DNA from: a virus
Taxonomy: Duplodnaviria > Caudoviricetes
Virus record (IMG/VR): IMGVR_UViG_3300037474_000120
Span: 1-42,222 of that record
Direction: 5' to 3' (one strand)
Length of the DNA: 42,222 nucleotides
The notes under the pieces are model-generated. The model was not told where the DNA came from, did not search any database, and saw only the letters and a program-made list of their open reading frames with translations. Position numbers and translations under genes: made by a program. Below, piece after piece: positions 22,635-33,107 of the stretch (the first letter of the stretch is position 1; every line of letters begins with the position of its first letter).

Positions 22635-25600
22635 CCCATCGTGCCGTAAGTGGGCCCGGTCAACCCAACGTTGACCGGGCTCACTCGCGTTCCGGCCTTT
22701 GGCGCAAACGGCTTGGTTGGTTGCTGCGGCTGCGGCGGCGCGACGGACCTGGCGACATTGGCGGCGCGCTGGCTAAACGCGGGCGTGCCTGCCCCGTCCA
22801 GGTCGAACAGCAGCGACATGCGCATGACGAACTGGTCATCCAGTTCGTCGCCCATGTTCTGGGCATTGGAGATGCGGTCAATCAGCGTAGATTGCATGCG
22901 CTCGTACAGCGGCCGGTACAGCGTACGCATGGTCTCTACCTCCTGCGGTCTGATGTCTCCACGACTCATCGAAGAGAGAACGGAGCGCGGGTTGGTCGCC
23001 GCATTCCAGTACACGGACCAATCCTCGATAGCCTCGTTCGTCGGCGGGTACCCATTGGGGCGAGCCATGCTGACAGCGACGCTGGACGGCAGCCGTTCGA
23101 GCAGGAACTTTCGCACCTCTGCAGCCTTGCCGGCTGCCACCGCGTACACCTGCGGCTCCTCGGATGCCATGTCGCCGAACTCGTCCGAGAACCGACCGAT
23201 GAACCCGGCGTCGTCCTGCAGTGCGTCACGCTTGGACGTGAACGCGGACTGAGGATCGTTGTTGTCTCCGAGGAACTGAGCGAACCCGAGCGTGGTCCCG
23301 AGCCTTGCAGCGGTGCGTGCCACCTGTGGGTCAGCCGGCGCGATCAGCCTGGCGGGCGCTTTGGCGCCCTTGACGCCGCTGCGTGTCTTGCTAGCCGCGA
23401 TCCAGTCGTCCACACTGCGCCCCACGGTCTCCTCGGTAGCTCCGCGCATGGCCTCGAACGCTCGCCGGAACTTCCCGGTGGCGAGCTCGGTTGCGCCCCT
23501 GGCGATGCCGCCCGCGATGATTGCGCCAGGCAACCCGCCACCGAGTGCGCCGAGAGCCGAGGCTGCCACGCCGGCCGTGGTGGACAGGGACTCCAGCCTG
23601 CGCTTTGCGGCCATCGTCTCGTCGCCAAGTTTGAACGTGCGGTCGATCTTCTCGACCAACTCGACGATGCGAGCCGTCTCTTTCTTCGATGCCGTGCCGA
23701 ACTTGGCTCTCTGCTCTGCCATCTCCTTCAAGGCGCCCAGCATGTCACCGACGTGGCGACGCTCTCCGCCTCCTGGGTTTTCCAGCAGACCCGTTATCTT
23801 GCTCTCCCATGCGTCGAGAGTATCGAAGGCGCGGTAGTCGGAGCCGGTGCGTTTGAAGACCGAATCCTCGAACACCTGTTTCGCTGGGAACCACTTCTGG
23901 TGGTAGGTGGCGTTGTAGGCCTTCTGCATCTCGCCAGCGCGACCAAACGTGCCAACGTCCTCCAGCGAGGAGCGGATGCTGTTTGCGAACTCCTCGACCT
24001 TGGGAACCAGCGCTTGGTACTTAAGCGGATGCGCCAGGCTCTTGCGCGAGCCGCGCTCGAGAGCGAGTTTGAACTGGTCTGCGTTGCGCTTGAAGTCGTC
24101 CAGCGCGTTGAAGATCTCGGAGCCGTCAGTCATCTTGCTGATGGCGTTTGCGCGTTCGACCAGCGAAGAGGCAAGGTCGCGCACCGTGCCAGAGAAGTAT
24201 GTCGCCTTCTTTTTCCCCAACTCTGCGGCGTACTGCTCGGCCTGAGCCTGAAGCTCACCGGCCAGCTTGTTGGCTGACAAGGCGATGTCACGCGCCTTGG
24301 CCTGCTGGGCAGGCAAGTTGTCGCTGATGTTCTTAGCAACGTCGCTCTGCTTCATGGCGCGCTCTCGGATGCCTTGGCTGAGCTTGTTCAACTCGTTCAG
24401 GTCGGAGCGCATCTCCTTCGTGGCCGTCTCGATAATCTCCGGCTGGTGGCGTGCGAGCCGGCTGTCACGTAGCCACCCGCCGCCCTCCTTGATCGGGTCC
24501 TCTCCACGGGCCACGCGGTCGACGATGTCCTCTGCCTGAGAACGGGTGGCGTTGCGCTCGGCCTTGGCCACACCCTTTTCTGCATCGATCACGGGCTCGG
24601 CAGCCTTGGCTGCAGTCTCGGCCACGGACTCAGCAGCCTCAGCTGCTGGCTTTGGGCTCACGCGAACTGGGCCGATGTATGTCCACAGCTCCTCACCTGC
24701 GTCATCGAACTTTCGGATGCGGCCGGTGATGTAGTCTTTGCCCATCTCCTGAGCAGCGGTCCACCGGTGGCGACCGTTGCTCATCTTCAGCTCTCCGCCC
24801 TCGATCGTGAATTGAGGCAGCCCACCAGGACTGGATCCGAAGTTGTCAGTCGTGACGTTGCCAGACTCCTGGAAGTCCTTCCTACCCTTGATGCCCTCGA
24901 CTCCTGCCCGGTCTCTCTCGTCGAGCGGCAGGGCGCCCATGTCTTCGACACCCTTGCCTGCACCCAGGCTGTCAGCAGCCTCAGCAGCCTCAGCGAGGCT
25001 CGACTGGTCAGCCTCGGCCTCGCCATAGAAGTCCACGATCTTGCCCTCTGACTGCGGGGGCGGTGGAGTCGCATCAGCCGCTGACTGCGCGCGTGCGTAC
25101 GCCTCCTGGGTGCCCTCGTCCGAGGTGAGAGGAACGCCGGCGCTGGACTCACCAGCTTCCTTCGGAAGCGGTACCGCCTCCTTCTCGCCGGCCAGACGCG
25201 CCGCCTTCATCTCGGCTTCGTCGGCCACGTGCGCCGCTTCCTTGGCGGCTTTGCCCAGCTTTCCGCGCACTGCCTTGAATGCCTGCGGCGCCCCGCCCAG
25301 GACGCCGCCCACGCCCGCCCACAGCAGCGTGTTCGTGGCGTCCTCGACCGGGTTCTCGTGGAGGAATTGGCGACCCTCTTGGAACGCCTGCTGGCTGGCT
25401 GTGACGAGCCCGCCGGCTACCGCCTCGCCAGCAGCAGCGGCGAGCGGCGCAGCCTCGGTGGCGGCCGCGATTGCGGCGCGCGCCCCGAGCTTGGCGGCGC
25501 CCTTGGCGGCGGCCCTGCCGGCCGTGGTGGCAGCGGCAGATGCCCCTCCGGTGGCCAGCCCCAGCGCGATATCCGGAGCCAAGTCAGCGGCGAAAGAGAG

Positions 25601-25888
25601 GTACGGGTGCTCCTCCTGGCTGAGGTCAGCACGCTCGCGCACGGCCTCGTCGCTCCCGAATCCCTCGACCTGCCCCAGCGTGGCGCCACGCACGACCCGC
25701 TCCGCCTGGGCCAGTGACTGCTGGGCCACAGTGCCGTACTGGGTCTGTCGGTTGTGGGCCTTGACGTCGTCAGGCGTGGCGGGCTGATACCCGGCCTGCA
25801 ACTGCTGTTCGGCGACCGTCGGGTCGGCGAGCACGATTCCGCCGTTGGGCGCAATGAGAACTACTTTTCCGCCGCTCGTGATGGGCAT
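22631..25888 (-). CDS. Large putative internal virion/ejection protein with a ParB/Srx-like insert
   Basis: 1085 aa, Ala/Gly-rich hydrophobic stretches, last gene of the tail operon; internal MSNGRHRWTAAQEMG motif. Confidence 0.65.
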   Translation of the reverse strand: MPITSGGKVVLIAPNGGIVLADPTVAEQQLQAGYQPATPDDVKAHNRQTQYGTVAQQSLAQAERVVRGATLGQVEGFGSDEAVRERADLSQEEHPYLSFAADLAPDIALGLATGGASAAATTAGRAAAKGAAKLGARAAIAAATEAAPLAAAAGEAVAGGLVTASQQAFQEGRQFLHENPVEDATNTLLWAGVGGVLGGAPQAFKAVRGKLGKAAKEAAHVADEAEMKAARLAGEKEAVPLPKEAGESSAGVPLTSDEGTQEAYARAQSAADATPPPPQSEGKIVDFYGEAEADQSSLAEAAEAADSLGAGKGVEDMGALPLDERDRAGVEGIKGRKDFQESGNVTTDNFGSSPGGLPQFTIEGGELKMSNGRHRWTAAQEMGKDYITGRIRKFDDAGEELWTYIGPVRVSPKPAAEAAESVAETAAKAAEPVIDAEKGVAKAERNATRSQAEDIVDRVARGEDPIKEGGGWLRDSRLARHQPEIIETATKEMRSDLNELNKLSQGIRERAMKQSDVAKNISDNLPAQQAKARDIALSANKLAGELQAQAEQYAAELGKKKATYFSGTVRDLASSLVERANAISKMTDGSEIFNALDDFKRNADQFKLALERGSRKSLAHPLKYQALVPKVEEFANSIRSSLEDVGTFGRAGEMQKAYNATYHQKWFPAKQVFEDSVFKRTGSDYRAFDTLDAWESKITGLLENPGGGERRHVGDMLGALKEMAEQRAKFGTASKKETARIVELVEKIDRTFKLGDETMAAKRRLESLSTTAGVAASALGALGGGLPGAIIAGGIARGATELATGKFRRAFEAMRGATEETVGRSVDDWIAASKTRSGVKGAKAPARLIAPADPQVARTAARLGTTLGFAQFLGDNNDPQSAFTSKRDALQDDAGFIGRFSDEFGDMASEEPQVYAVAAGKAAEVRKFLLERLPSSVAVSMARPNGYPPTNEAIEDWSVYWNAATNPRSVLSSMSRGDIRPQEVETMRTLYRPLYERMQSTLIDRISNAQNMGDELDDQFVMRMSLLFDLDGAGTPAFSQRAANVARSVAPPQPQQPTKPFAPKAGTRVSPVNVGLTGPTYGTMG

Positions 25889-27669
25889 TACTCGTCGATC
25901 TCCAGTACCTGTCCGTCCGCCGATTGCACGCCGCCACCTTTACCACGGCCAGCGTTGATCTGCGCGCGCTGCCCGCGGTAGCGACCCAGGAAGTCGTCCA
26001 CGCGGTCACGCCCATACAGCGACACCGCCTTGGCGTAGTTGCGCTGCCAGCGACGGCGTTCCTCTGTGGTAGAATTGAGCAGATCCTTCTCGTCGGTGAG
26101 CGGTAGATTCTTGGAATACTCCGCGCGTTCTGCATCGGTTGCAGCAGCACCAGATGAGGCCTTCACCTGGGCCTGAATCAGTCTCCGTTGCTCGCGCGAC
26201 AGAGCCGCGCCCCTCTCCGACGAGTACTCGTCCGGCACACGCCCGCCGATGAAGCCGGCTCCTTCGATGCCCTTCTCCTTGATGTCCTTCTTGTTGGCAA
26301 CGTTGCCAGCGGCGTCGCGCTGGATGCCGATGTTGTTGTCGATCTCGTTCAGCGAATGCTCCGCGTCGGCCAAGCCCTCCATCCGAGCCACGAAGTCCTT
26401 TCGGCTGTCGGCCGGCATATCCTCAATGCCCTTCATGCTGACCGGAGAAAGCTTGCTGGCGGCCTCGTAGTGCTTGGCAGCAACGTCCAGGTTGGGCCCG
26501 GTGCGCCCGCCGCGTACGGCTTGCTGGTACACCTCGGTCGTCTTGCCTAACGACTGGCGCTCGAACTCCTGTTGTTCGGCGAGAGCGCGGCGCTTCATCT
26601 CGGCCAGCACGGGAGCGGACTGGTTCTCGATTGACGCGGCGTCCAAGGTCTTCTTGTTCACCTCGCCCTGCTTTGCAAGCAGGTCATAGATGCGCGACTT
26701 GGCTGCGGAGATGACCTGATTCTCGTCGCCGATCTGCTCGGCCAGAGCCTGCAACTTGCTGCCCCGCGTCTGAAGCTGGTTGCGTACAGAGCGGTCGATG
26801 TTGCTCTCGATCATGCGCAGGCCAGCGTCCGAGCCGATGGCCCCGAGCAGCGCAGCGCCGAGCACGGCCGCGACCTGCCGGAAGCTGTCACCCTGGGCGA
26901 AGCTGGTGTCGATTGCGGCGTCGTTCACCGCGCGCCGCTCGTCGTTCAAGCGTTGCTTCTTGGCCTCAGCCTCGCGCTGGGCGCGCTGCGCTTCCTCTCG
27001 CTGAACGGTGATGCGCATGGCCTCCGAAAGAGCTGACTTGCGCAGCGTGTCGGCTTCAGCCTGGCGAGCCTGAGCCGTGGCGTCCACCGCAGCCTGATTG
27101 GCATCGCGCATCTCGCCGGACTGGCGCTTTGCCACTTCGGGGTCGAGCGCCCCCGTACGCTGACCAGGAACGTACCCGGCCTCACGCCCCTGTACGTAGG
27201 TTCCCTTCAGGGCCCGCTGGGCCGCCAGGCGGTGCAACTCAGCGGCGTTTCCAGCGTCCGACGGGGCAGGGGGCATCGCCGAAGAAAGCGCCTCTGGTGC
27301 CTCCACCGGGGCAGGCGCCGGGGCAGGCTTGGCAGCATCAGGGTTCGGGATGTAGCCGCGTGCCTCGGGCATGTACGGCTTGGCGTTGCCCAGGAAGTCG
27401 GCCGCCTCCTCGGGGCCAGAGTTCTCGCCAAACGGGTCGTTGCCAAACACCGCTCCGATCGGGTCATCGCCCGTGGCGTCGTTCTCCGCCAGCCGCATGT
27501 CCGGTTGCGGTGGAGTCAGAACGTCTTGATACGACTTGACCAGCCCGGCGAGTTCCGGGTCCTCGGCTACCATCGAGGTGCCGTCGTCGAAGTGGAACGT
27601 GCCGGCGCCGCGCTCGTCGTTCTCGGGGAGTCCGTCCAGGGGCTCGAAACGGATGGGGTTAGCGACCAC
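25888..27669 (-). CDS. Putative internal virion/ejection protein
   Basis: 593 aa, helical coiled coil with one hydrophobic stretch (VAAVLGAALLGAIG); position in the tail operon. Confidence 0.6.
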   Translation of the reverse strand: MVANPIRFEPLDGLPENDERGAGTFHFDDGTSMVAEDPELAGLVKSYQDVLTPPQPDMRLAENDATGDDPIGAVFGNDPFGENSGPEEAADFLGNAKPYMPEARGYIPNPDAAKPAPAPAPVEAPEALSSAMPPAPSDAGNAAELHRLAAQRALKGTYVQGREAGYVPGQRTGALDPEVAKRQSGEMRDANQAAVDATAQARQAEADTLRKSALSEAMRITVQREEAQRAQREAEAKKQRLNDERRAVNDAAIDTSFAQGDSFRQVAAVLGAALLGAIGSDAGLRMIESNIDRSVRNQLQTRGSKLQALAEQIGDENQVISAAKSRIYDLLAKQGEVNKKTLDAASIENQSAPVLAEMKRRALAEQQEFERQSLGKTTEVYQQAVRGGRTGPNLDVAAKHYEAASKLSPVSMKGIEDMPADSRKDFVARMEGLADAEHSLNEIDNNIGIQRDAAGNVANKKDIKEKGIEGAGFIGGRVPDEYSSERGAALSREQRRLIQAQVKASSGAAATDAERAEYSKNLPLTDEKDLLNSTTEERRRWQRNYAKAVSLYGRDRVDDFLGRYRGQRAQINAGRGKGGGVQSADGQVLEIDE

Positions 27670-29245
27670 TGGCGGGCTTCCTTTCGGCGATGCGGTCGAT
27701 CTGCTTCTGCAGGTCGTGAAGCGCGGCGTGGTGCGCCATCGTCAGCCGCGTCGCGTCGACCATCTTGACGCCGCCGACTTCCTTGACCGCAGACCGGAAC
27801 TCCGGCGTTGCCTCGAGGTCCTGGGCCATCATGCCGGTGAAGCGGCCCTTGCCGTGCCGCTCGTCCTTGTAGGTCCACTCGTACCCGGCGGTTCGCCGAA
27901 GCGAATCGGCCATTGACCGGATGCGCTTGATGTCCCTCTTGACCCGCTTGTCCGAAGCGGCAGCGCCTGCCGTAAGACCGGTCCCCACGAACCCGAGCAC
28001 CTGCCCCAGGAATGCCGACTTCTGCTGCGCGTTGGCCATGTCTACGCCCTGCTCGATGGCCAGCTTCTGGAGTGCCACTTGTTGGTCCGCGGCGAGCATT
28101 CGCCAGGCCAGCTCCGAGAACTGGGCCTGAACCTGGGACGCGGCGGTTGTGGCGTCGATGCCCTTGGCCTGTGCATCCATCATGGCCTGAATGCCCTGCT
28201 GGCGGGCGGCCTCGCCGAGCCCGGTGAAGAATCGGACCTGGTTGTCGTTCAGCCCCAGCGTCTGCACCTCGGCCCCGAGGTTCTCGCGCAGCACGGTGAT
28301 GTCCTGGTCCCTCACCCGGCTCGTCGCGTCGATGACGGCCTGCTTGGCGGCCAGCGCCTGCTGGTCAGCGCCCTGCTGCAACTGCCCCGCGCCCTGCAGA
28401 GCGTTCAGCGAGAGTTGCCGGTTCTGCGCCGTCTCCTGAGCCTGCACGAGCGCCTGCTGTCCGCGGGTGTCGGCGGAGATGCCGGCGCCTTCCGCTTGCG
28501 CGCGCTTAGTCGCTTCGGCGACCGCCCCTGCCCCGCCTCGAGCCGAGCGCGCCAGCGAGATCTGCGCGGCCTTGTCGCGAGCCGCCTGGAGACGGAGCAT
28601 CGCGTCAGCGGCGCTCGGACCCGCCGGGCCGTTGGCGAATCGCGTCAACGCATCCGCGCTGGCCCTCGTGGCGGCTGGGTTGAACTGGTTCAGGTTGTCG
28701 ATCGCCGACTGCTGTTGCGCCGCCGCCGCGCCGCTCTCCTGCATCTGTGGCGCGTCCCGGCCAGCGACGGTGTTGGCCTGCTGTCGCGACGACTGGTTGA
28801 CGACCTGGCCCTGTTGCGCGGCATTGGCACCCGTCTGGTTCAGAGCCTGAGCCTGCTGCTGGATTCCTCCAGCGTACTGCCCGCCCTGGACGCCGAGCTG
28901 GTCGACGCGCTGGCCCAGGTCCGTCGAGATGAACTCCGGTGGCTTGCGAGCCTCGAGCGCCTTGAGTTCAGCGCGGGCCGCCTCGAGCGCGTTCTGGTCC
29001 GGTGGGTTGGCATTGGCGGCAGCAACCCGGCGGGCCTGCGCGGCGTCAACCTGTGCAGCCCAGACGGCATAGTCTGGGTTTGGCTTCTTCGCGGCGGCCC
29101 CCAGGTCAGTGGAGCCATTGCGCAGCGCGTCTGGCGTGCGGAGTGGGTCCGGCTTGATGGCGTTCACACCAGCGCGAACGAGCTCGCTCCCGCCGAGAGT
29201 GGCAACGCCTAGACCAACTCTGCCGATGTCTCCTAGAAGACTCAT
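27659..29245 (-). CDS. Virion protein with a C-terminal intramolecular chaperone (peptidase S74) domain
   Basis: SDKRVKRDI...GYEWTYK...GMMAQDLE.TP...V....G.K.VD...L.DLQKQI; Ala/Gln-rich helical body. Confidence 0.8.
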   Translation of the reverse strand: MSLLGDIGRVGLGVATLGGSELVRAGVNAIKPDPLRTPDALRNGSTDLGAAAKKPNPDYAVWAAQVDAAQARRVAAANANPPDQNALEAARAELKALEARKPPEFISTDLGQRVDQLGVQGGQYAGGIQQQAQALNQTGANAAQQGQVVNQSSRQQANTVAGRDAPQMQESGAAAAQQQSAIDNLNQFNPAATRASADALTRFANGPAGPSAADAMLRLQAARDKAAQISLARSARGGAGAVAEATKRAQAEGAGISADTRGQQALVQAQETAQNRQLSLNALQGAGQLQQGADQQALAAKQAVIDATSRVRDQDITVLRENLGAEVQTLGLNDNQVRFFTGLGEAARQQGIQAMMDAQAKGIDATTAASQVQAQFSELAWRMLAADQQVALQKLAIEQGVDMANAQQKSAFLGQVLGFVGTGLTAGAAASDKRVKRDIKRIRSMADSLRRTAGYEWTYKDERHGKGRFTGMMAQDLEATPEFRSAVKEVGGVKMVDATRLTMAHHAALHDLQKQIDRIAERKPASGR

Positions 29246-29248
29246 GGT

Positions 29249-32200
29249 TCAGCCCTTCTGTGCGGTGTCCCTCAAGGCACTTCGGCCAGAGGGTGTGAAG
29301 TCGACGGTTGCGTAGTTGAAGATCATGTACGCGCTAGGATTGGAGTCAGCGGCAGTACTCACGAACTTGATCCTGATGCGGTCGCCGCGCATTCGCTGCG
29401 GACCCCACTTGAGGGTGATGCTCTGCCCTGAGGTATACGTGGGTGAGGTGAGCGTCTTTGCGGTCAGCGCCGTGTAGGTAACCCCATCGTCGAAAGACAG
29501 AGAAGCGGTCAGAGTGCAGTTGCCAAGCCATTCGCCAAAGAGCTGAATCTCGTCGAGCTGTCCCTGGCCGCCTTGCCCGAATGGGTACAGCGTGCCCGTC
29601 TCGACGGTGGCCGTCAGTTGGTTGATGAACACCGGCTCCGGCCTGGACTCGTCCTGGATGCTGACGCCAAGACCCGTGCTTCCCAGAATCACGTGGCGCC
29701 CCTGGAACTCAGCCGCCGAGAACACGCCGTTCAACTCAGTTCCAGAGTCAATGAACCACATGTCGTGCTCCTGGTCGTGAATCAGGGCGCGACCTGTGGT
29801 GCCTCCGGTGTTGTTGCACGTGAACACCACGAGCTGGTCCGTCTTCAGGTAGACCGCGCTGGTGATGACCGGGTAGTCTCGGAGCGTATCGCGCACCGGC
29901 TTGCCGACGAACACGGGCGCGCCACCGCCGCGCGGCAACAGGAAGATGCTGTCCGCGGCGAGTTGGAAGTAGACACCGACCTGCGTCTCCACGAGGGAAC
30001 GCCACCCGAGCCTCCCGCCGTACAATCCGCCCGGCGACGGCAGGCGCCTAGGGAATCCCAGGTCACCCACACCGTTGATGTCCAGCCCTTCGCCGCTGAA
30101 CTCCAGGATGCTGTTCGCGGTAAAGGCGATGCGACGCTCGTCGAGACGAGCCACAGCCAGGACCTTCTCTGGCCCGGAGGCGATGCCACCCAGATTCTGG
30201 GCCCACGTGATCGGCTCTCCAGGGAACGCCGCCCGGCTCTCCTGAATCTCGCAGTCCTGGAGCAGGCCGGCTGTCACCAACCGATCCGAGCTGGACCAGA
30301 TGTAGCGGCACGGTAGCGGCGAAACGAAAGGGTTAGGCCCGGACCGCGCACCGCTTGCGCCCTGCGTGTAGATGACCGCCTCGTCAGCCAGTGTCGAGTC
30401 GGCCTGCGTCAGCGAGACGGTGACAGACCCACCGAAGTTGGTGACCGACACCACCTCAGCCTTGTCGCGCAGCAGTTGCTTGTCGGGAGCCGCTAGAGAG
30501 CGCCAGATGACGACCTTGCAGGCGCTCCCGTACTCCTCGTTCGTTGAATTGCACCGAAGAGAAAGCGGCGAGGTGACGATGACGGTGATGGTGTCATCAG
30601 ACCCTCCCATCGTCACTTCGGCGACGTCGCTCGGCTCCGACTGGTGCAACTGCCCCTGCTCGTCGTACCACTCGAACGTGGCAGCCAGAGTGTACAGCTC
30701 GCCCGGAGTGATCGAACCAGACCCGTTGCTGGGCGTTGCTGAGATGATGACGGGGCGGTTCAGGAAACCTGCCTCCACCACCTGACGGCCTGCGTAGATC
30801 TGGGGTGCGCCGCCGCTGATGTAGAGTTGGTTGTCAATCGACGCGCACTGGCGCCGCTCGCGCACTGCGAATGCAATCTCTGCCACTACTGGGTTTCCGC
30901 GACCGTCCTGGTCGTTGACAATGCGCGCCCAGTAGTACCGGTCAGCCGTGGAATCGTACGCGATCGACGGCAAACGACTGGCCAGCGCAATGCCCGCCAG
31001 CCCCTTGTCGGTCGCGCACACGATCTTCTGCTCGGGCGAGATAATGCGCACACCGCCGAGGAAGTTGGTATCAACGTCCGCGTTGTCAGCGAACAGTCCG
31101 CCGAACAGCTCTGTGACGCTGCCAGCGGTGACGAGCTTGCTGTTCAGCCGGACGTTGTCCCATTGCTTCGGGAAGTCAGCGACGTGGGACGACGCGACGA
31201 TGCGCACCTGGTACACGATTGGATCGCCGTCGTCCTCGAACATCACCAAGAGGGTGGTGGTGCTGTTGGACGTGACGCACATGACCGGCTGCCGCAGGGT
31301 CGTTGCCCCGCCAGCGAGACCAGTGGTGCTGTTCTCCAGCGCCCCACCCGAGATGAGGTAGGTATACAGGTCCACCTCAGCGGGCAGAGACTCGACCACC
31401 AGCAGATGCACTCGTGTTGCCTGCTGGAGCACCGAAAGCCTGACCGCGGTCACAGCTGGACCGGTGATGGTCTGAGTAACCGTGCCGGTAGAGTCGAACA
31501 GCTTGATGCTGACGGTTGGTGTGTCGCGAGAGAGCGCGACCACGAACCCGGTTCCCGCTTCGTTGGTCCTCGCATCGAAGGTGGTGAGGTTCCCTGCGCC
31601 AGCAGCAAACGCATCCGTGAGCGCCACCAGGTCGGAGTCTGTGGCTGGGTTGTAGCGGTACAGCGGAACGCTATCGTCCGCGGAGTCGGCCGCGATGATA
31701 AAGAACACCGATCCTACTGCCACGACCCGTGCCACGCTTTCCGCAATGCTGGTCAGCAGGATGGTGGAGTCTGTGTCCGGGTCGAAGATGTGGACCTTGG
31801 CCCCGTCGGAGCTTGCGGAAGAGGACGACACGCAACACACGAGTCCGCCGCCTGCCGCCACATCGATCGCGTTGACGTCCGAGTCCTGAGACGGGATGCG
31901 ACCGACGTCCCTGACCTCCGAAGCGAGACCAAGCCTGGAGTCTCCGTCGCCGTCCGTTGGACGCCACGCAAACTGCGTCTGGTTCACGTACTCATAGACG
32001 TCGCGAGGCGGCGGTGTGTTGCCGAGCCCGTTGGTCGCTCGGTCGCTGGCAAGGGCAAGCAGGCGGCCGTTGAACGACACCAGATCCGTGAAGTAGATGG
32101 TCGAGGCAGAGATCGCCGAAGAAACGGCAAGGGCCGTGTAACCGTTGCGCGGTCCGAGTCGCCCATCCCGCCGCATGCGCAGATTCTCGACGCGCTTCAG

Positions 32201-32275
32201 CGCGCCTTCGGGCATGACCTTGGGGTCAACGTCCTCACGCGAGCCGCTGCTGAACGGGATGGTGATTCGGGTCAT
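29249..32275 (-). CDS. Putative tail nozzle/DNA-stabilisation protein (T7 gp12/P22 gp10-like role)
   Basis: 1008 aa, beta-rich; N-terminal G....DP...P.G.L....N.R...G.L..R.G pattern typical of podovirus nozzles. Confidence 0.65.
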   Translation of the reverse strand: MTRITIPFSSGSREDVDPKVMPEGALKRVENLRMRRDGRLGPRNGYTALAVSSAISASTIYFTDLVSFNGRLLALASDRATNGLGNTPPPRDVYEYVNQTQFAWRPTDGDGDSRLGLASEVRDVGRIPSQDSDVNAIDVAAGGGLVCCVSSSSASSDGAKVHIFDPDTDSTILLTSIAESVARVVAVGSVFFIIAADSADDSVPLYRYNPATDSDLVALTDAFAAGAGNLTTFDARTNEAGTGFVVALSRDTPTVSIKLFDSTGTVTQTITGPAVTAVRLSVLQQATRVHLLVVESLPAEVDLYTYLISGGALENSTTGLAGGATTLRQPVMCVTSNSTTTLLVMFEDDGDPIVYQVRIVASSHVADFPKQWDNVRLNSKLVTAGSVTELFGGLFADNADVDTNFLGGVRIISPEQKIVCATDKGLAGIALASRLPSIAYDSTADRYYWARIVNDQDGRGNPVVAEIAFAVRERRQCASIDNQLYISGGAPQIYAGRQVVEAGFLNRPVIISATPSNGSGSITPGELYTLAATFEWYDEQGQLHQSEPSDVAEVTMGGSDDTITVIVTSPLSLRCNSTNEEYGSACKVVIWRSLAAPDKQLLRDKAEVVSVTNFGGSVTVSLTQADSTLADEAVIYTQGASGARSGPNPFVSPLPCRYIWSSSDRLVTAGLLQDCEIQESRAAFPGEPITWAQNLGGIASGPEKVLAVARLDERRIAFTANSILEFSGEGLDINGVGDLGFPRRLPSPGGLYGGRLGWRSLVETQVGVYFQLAADSIFLLPRGGGAPVFVGKPVRDTLRDYPVITSAVYLKTDQLVVFTCNNTGGTTGRALIHDQEHDMWFIDSGTELNGVFSAAEFQGRHVILGSTGLGVSIQDESRPEPVFINQLTATVETGTLYPFGQGGQGQLDEIQLFGEWLGNCTLTASLSFDDGVTYTALTAKTLTSPTYTSGQSITLKWGPQRMRGDRIRIKFVSTAADSNPSAYMIFNYATVDFTPSGRSALRDTAQKG

Positions 32276-32739
32276 GAGCGCCTGACTTGGAAGTGCGGTC
32301 CGTCGATGAGCGGCGACGCCTTGGGTCCGCGGGCAGCCTTGTACCGGGCCACGTAGTTCTCGATTGCCAGCTCCAACTCCGCAGGGTTCAGGCTACCGAG
32401 TTCACGATCCCACACCGCGCCCCACACCACCGAGACGTTGAAGTGCAGCGCGGCCTCGCGCATGGCGATGGCGACCTGGTTGCATAGCGGCTGTTGCCAT
32501 TGGAGTCGTCCTCCTACGTACGGCACCAGGTCCACCGCGTGACCGGTCAGGTGGTAGCTATCGAGCGTGCGCGATGCGCCTTCTGCGAAGAGTTTTGCCT
32601 GGCGCTCGCGCGAGCGCACACCCTCGAACACGGAGAAGTCCACGGACGTGGTGGAGATGGCACGGCGCACGCACTGCACGAGCGCCGGGTCCACGCCGCG
32701 GAGGTTATCCTCCGACTTGTCGCCGAGCATGAACTTCAC
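32272..32739 (-). CDS. Endolysin, M15 family L-Ala-D-Glu peptidase-like
   Basis: EGVRSRERQ, SYHLTGHAVDL, WG..W, DGPHFQ. Confidence 0.92.
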   Translation of the reverse strand: MKFMLGDKSEDNLRGVDPALVQCVRRAISTTSVDFSVFEGVRSRERQAKLFAEGASRTLDSYHLTGHAVDLVPYVGGRLQWQQPLCNQVAIAMREAALHFNVSVVWGAVWDRELGSLNPAELELAIENYVARYKAARGPKASPLIDGPHFQVRRS

Positions 32740-33107
32740 TGCGACACCAGCTTGATGAGTTCGCTGATGGGCCCGGCCAGACCCGGCTTCAGCGAAGAGA
32801 GAAGCTCGAGCAGACCGAGCACGATTCCAACGACCCCGCTGTAGCGGCCGAGCGCTTTGGCCATCTTCATCGGCGACGCCTTCTCGAGCGCGGTGATGCG
32901 CGGCGCCTGGTCGGCCATGACGAACTCGGACAGCGTCTTCAACTCTGCCCTGCTCAGCGCCACCTCGCGGTGGAGCACGTTCAGGTGGCCGCTCATGGCG
33001 GCTACTTGAACGCTCACGTCACGAATCGTCGGCTCGTATTCGCTTTCGCCGCTGATGACCTGGGGCTCCAGGTCGCTCGCAACGGAGAACGGTTCGCGCT
33101 CGCTCAC
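32736..33107 (-). CDS. Membrane protein next to the endolysin (holin candidate)
   Basis: Coiled coil plus C-terminal hydrophobic GVVGIVLGLLELL; coupled to the endolysin. Confidence 0.5.
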   Translation of the reverse strand: MSEREPFSVASDLEPQVISGESEYEPTIRDVSVQVAAMSGHLNVLHREVALSRAELKTLSEFVMADQAPRITALEKASPMKMAKALGRYSGVVGIVLGLLELLSSLKPGLAGPISELIKLVSQ

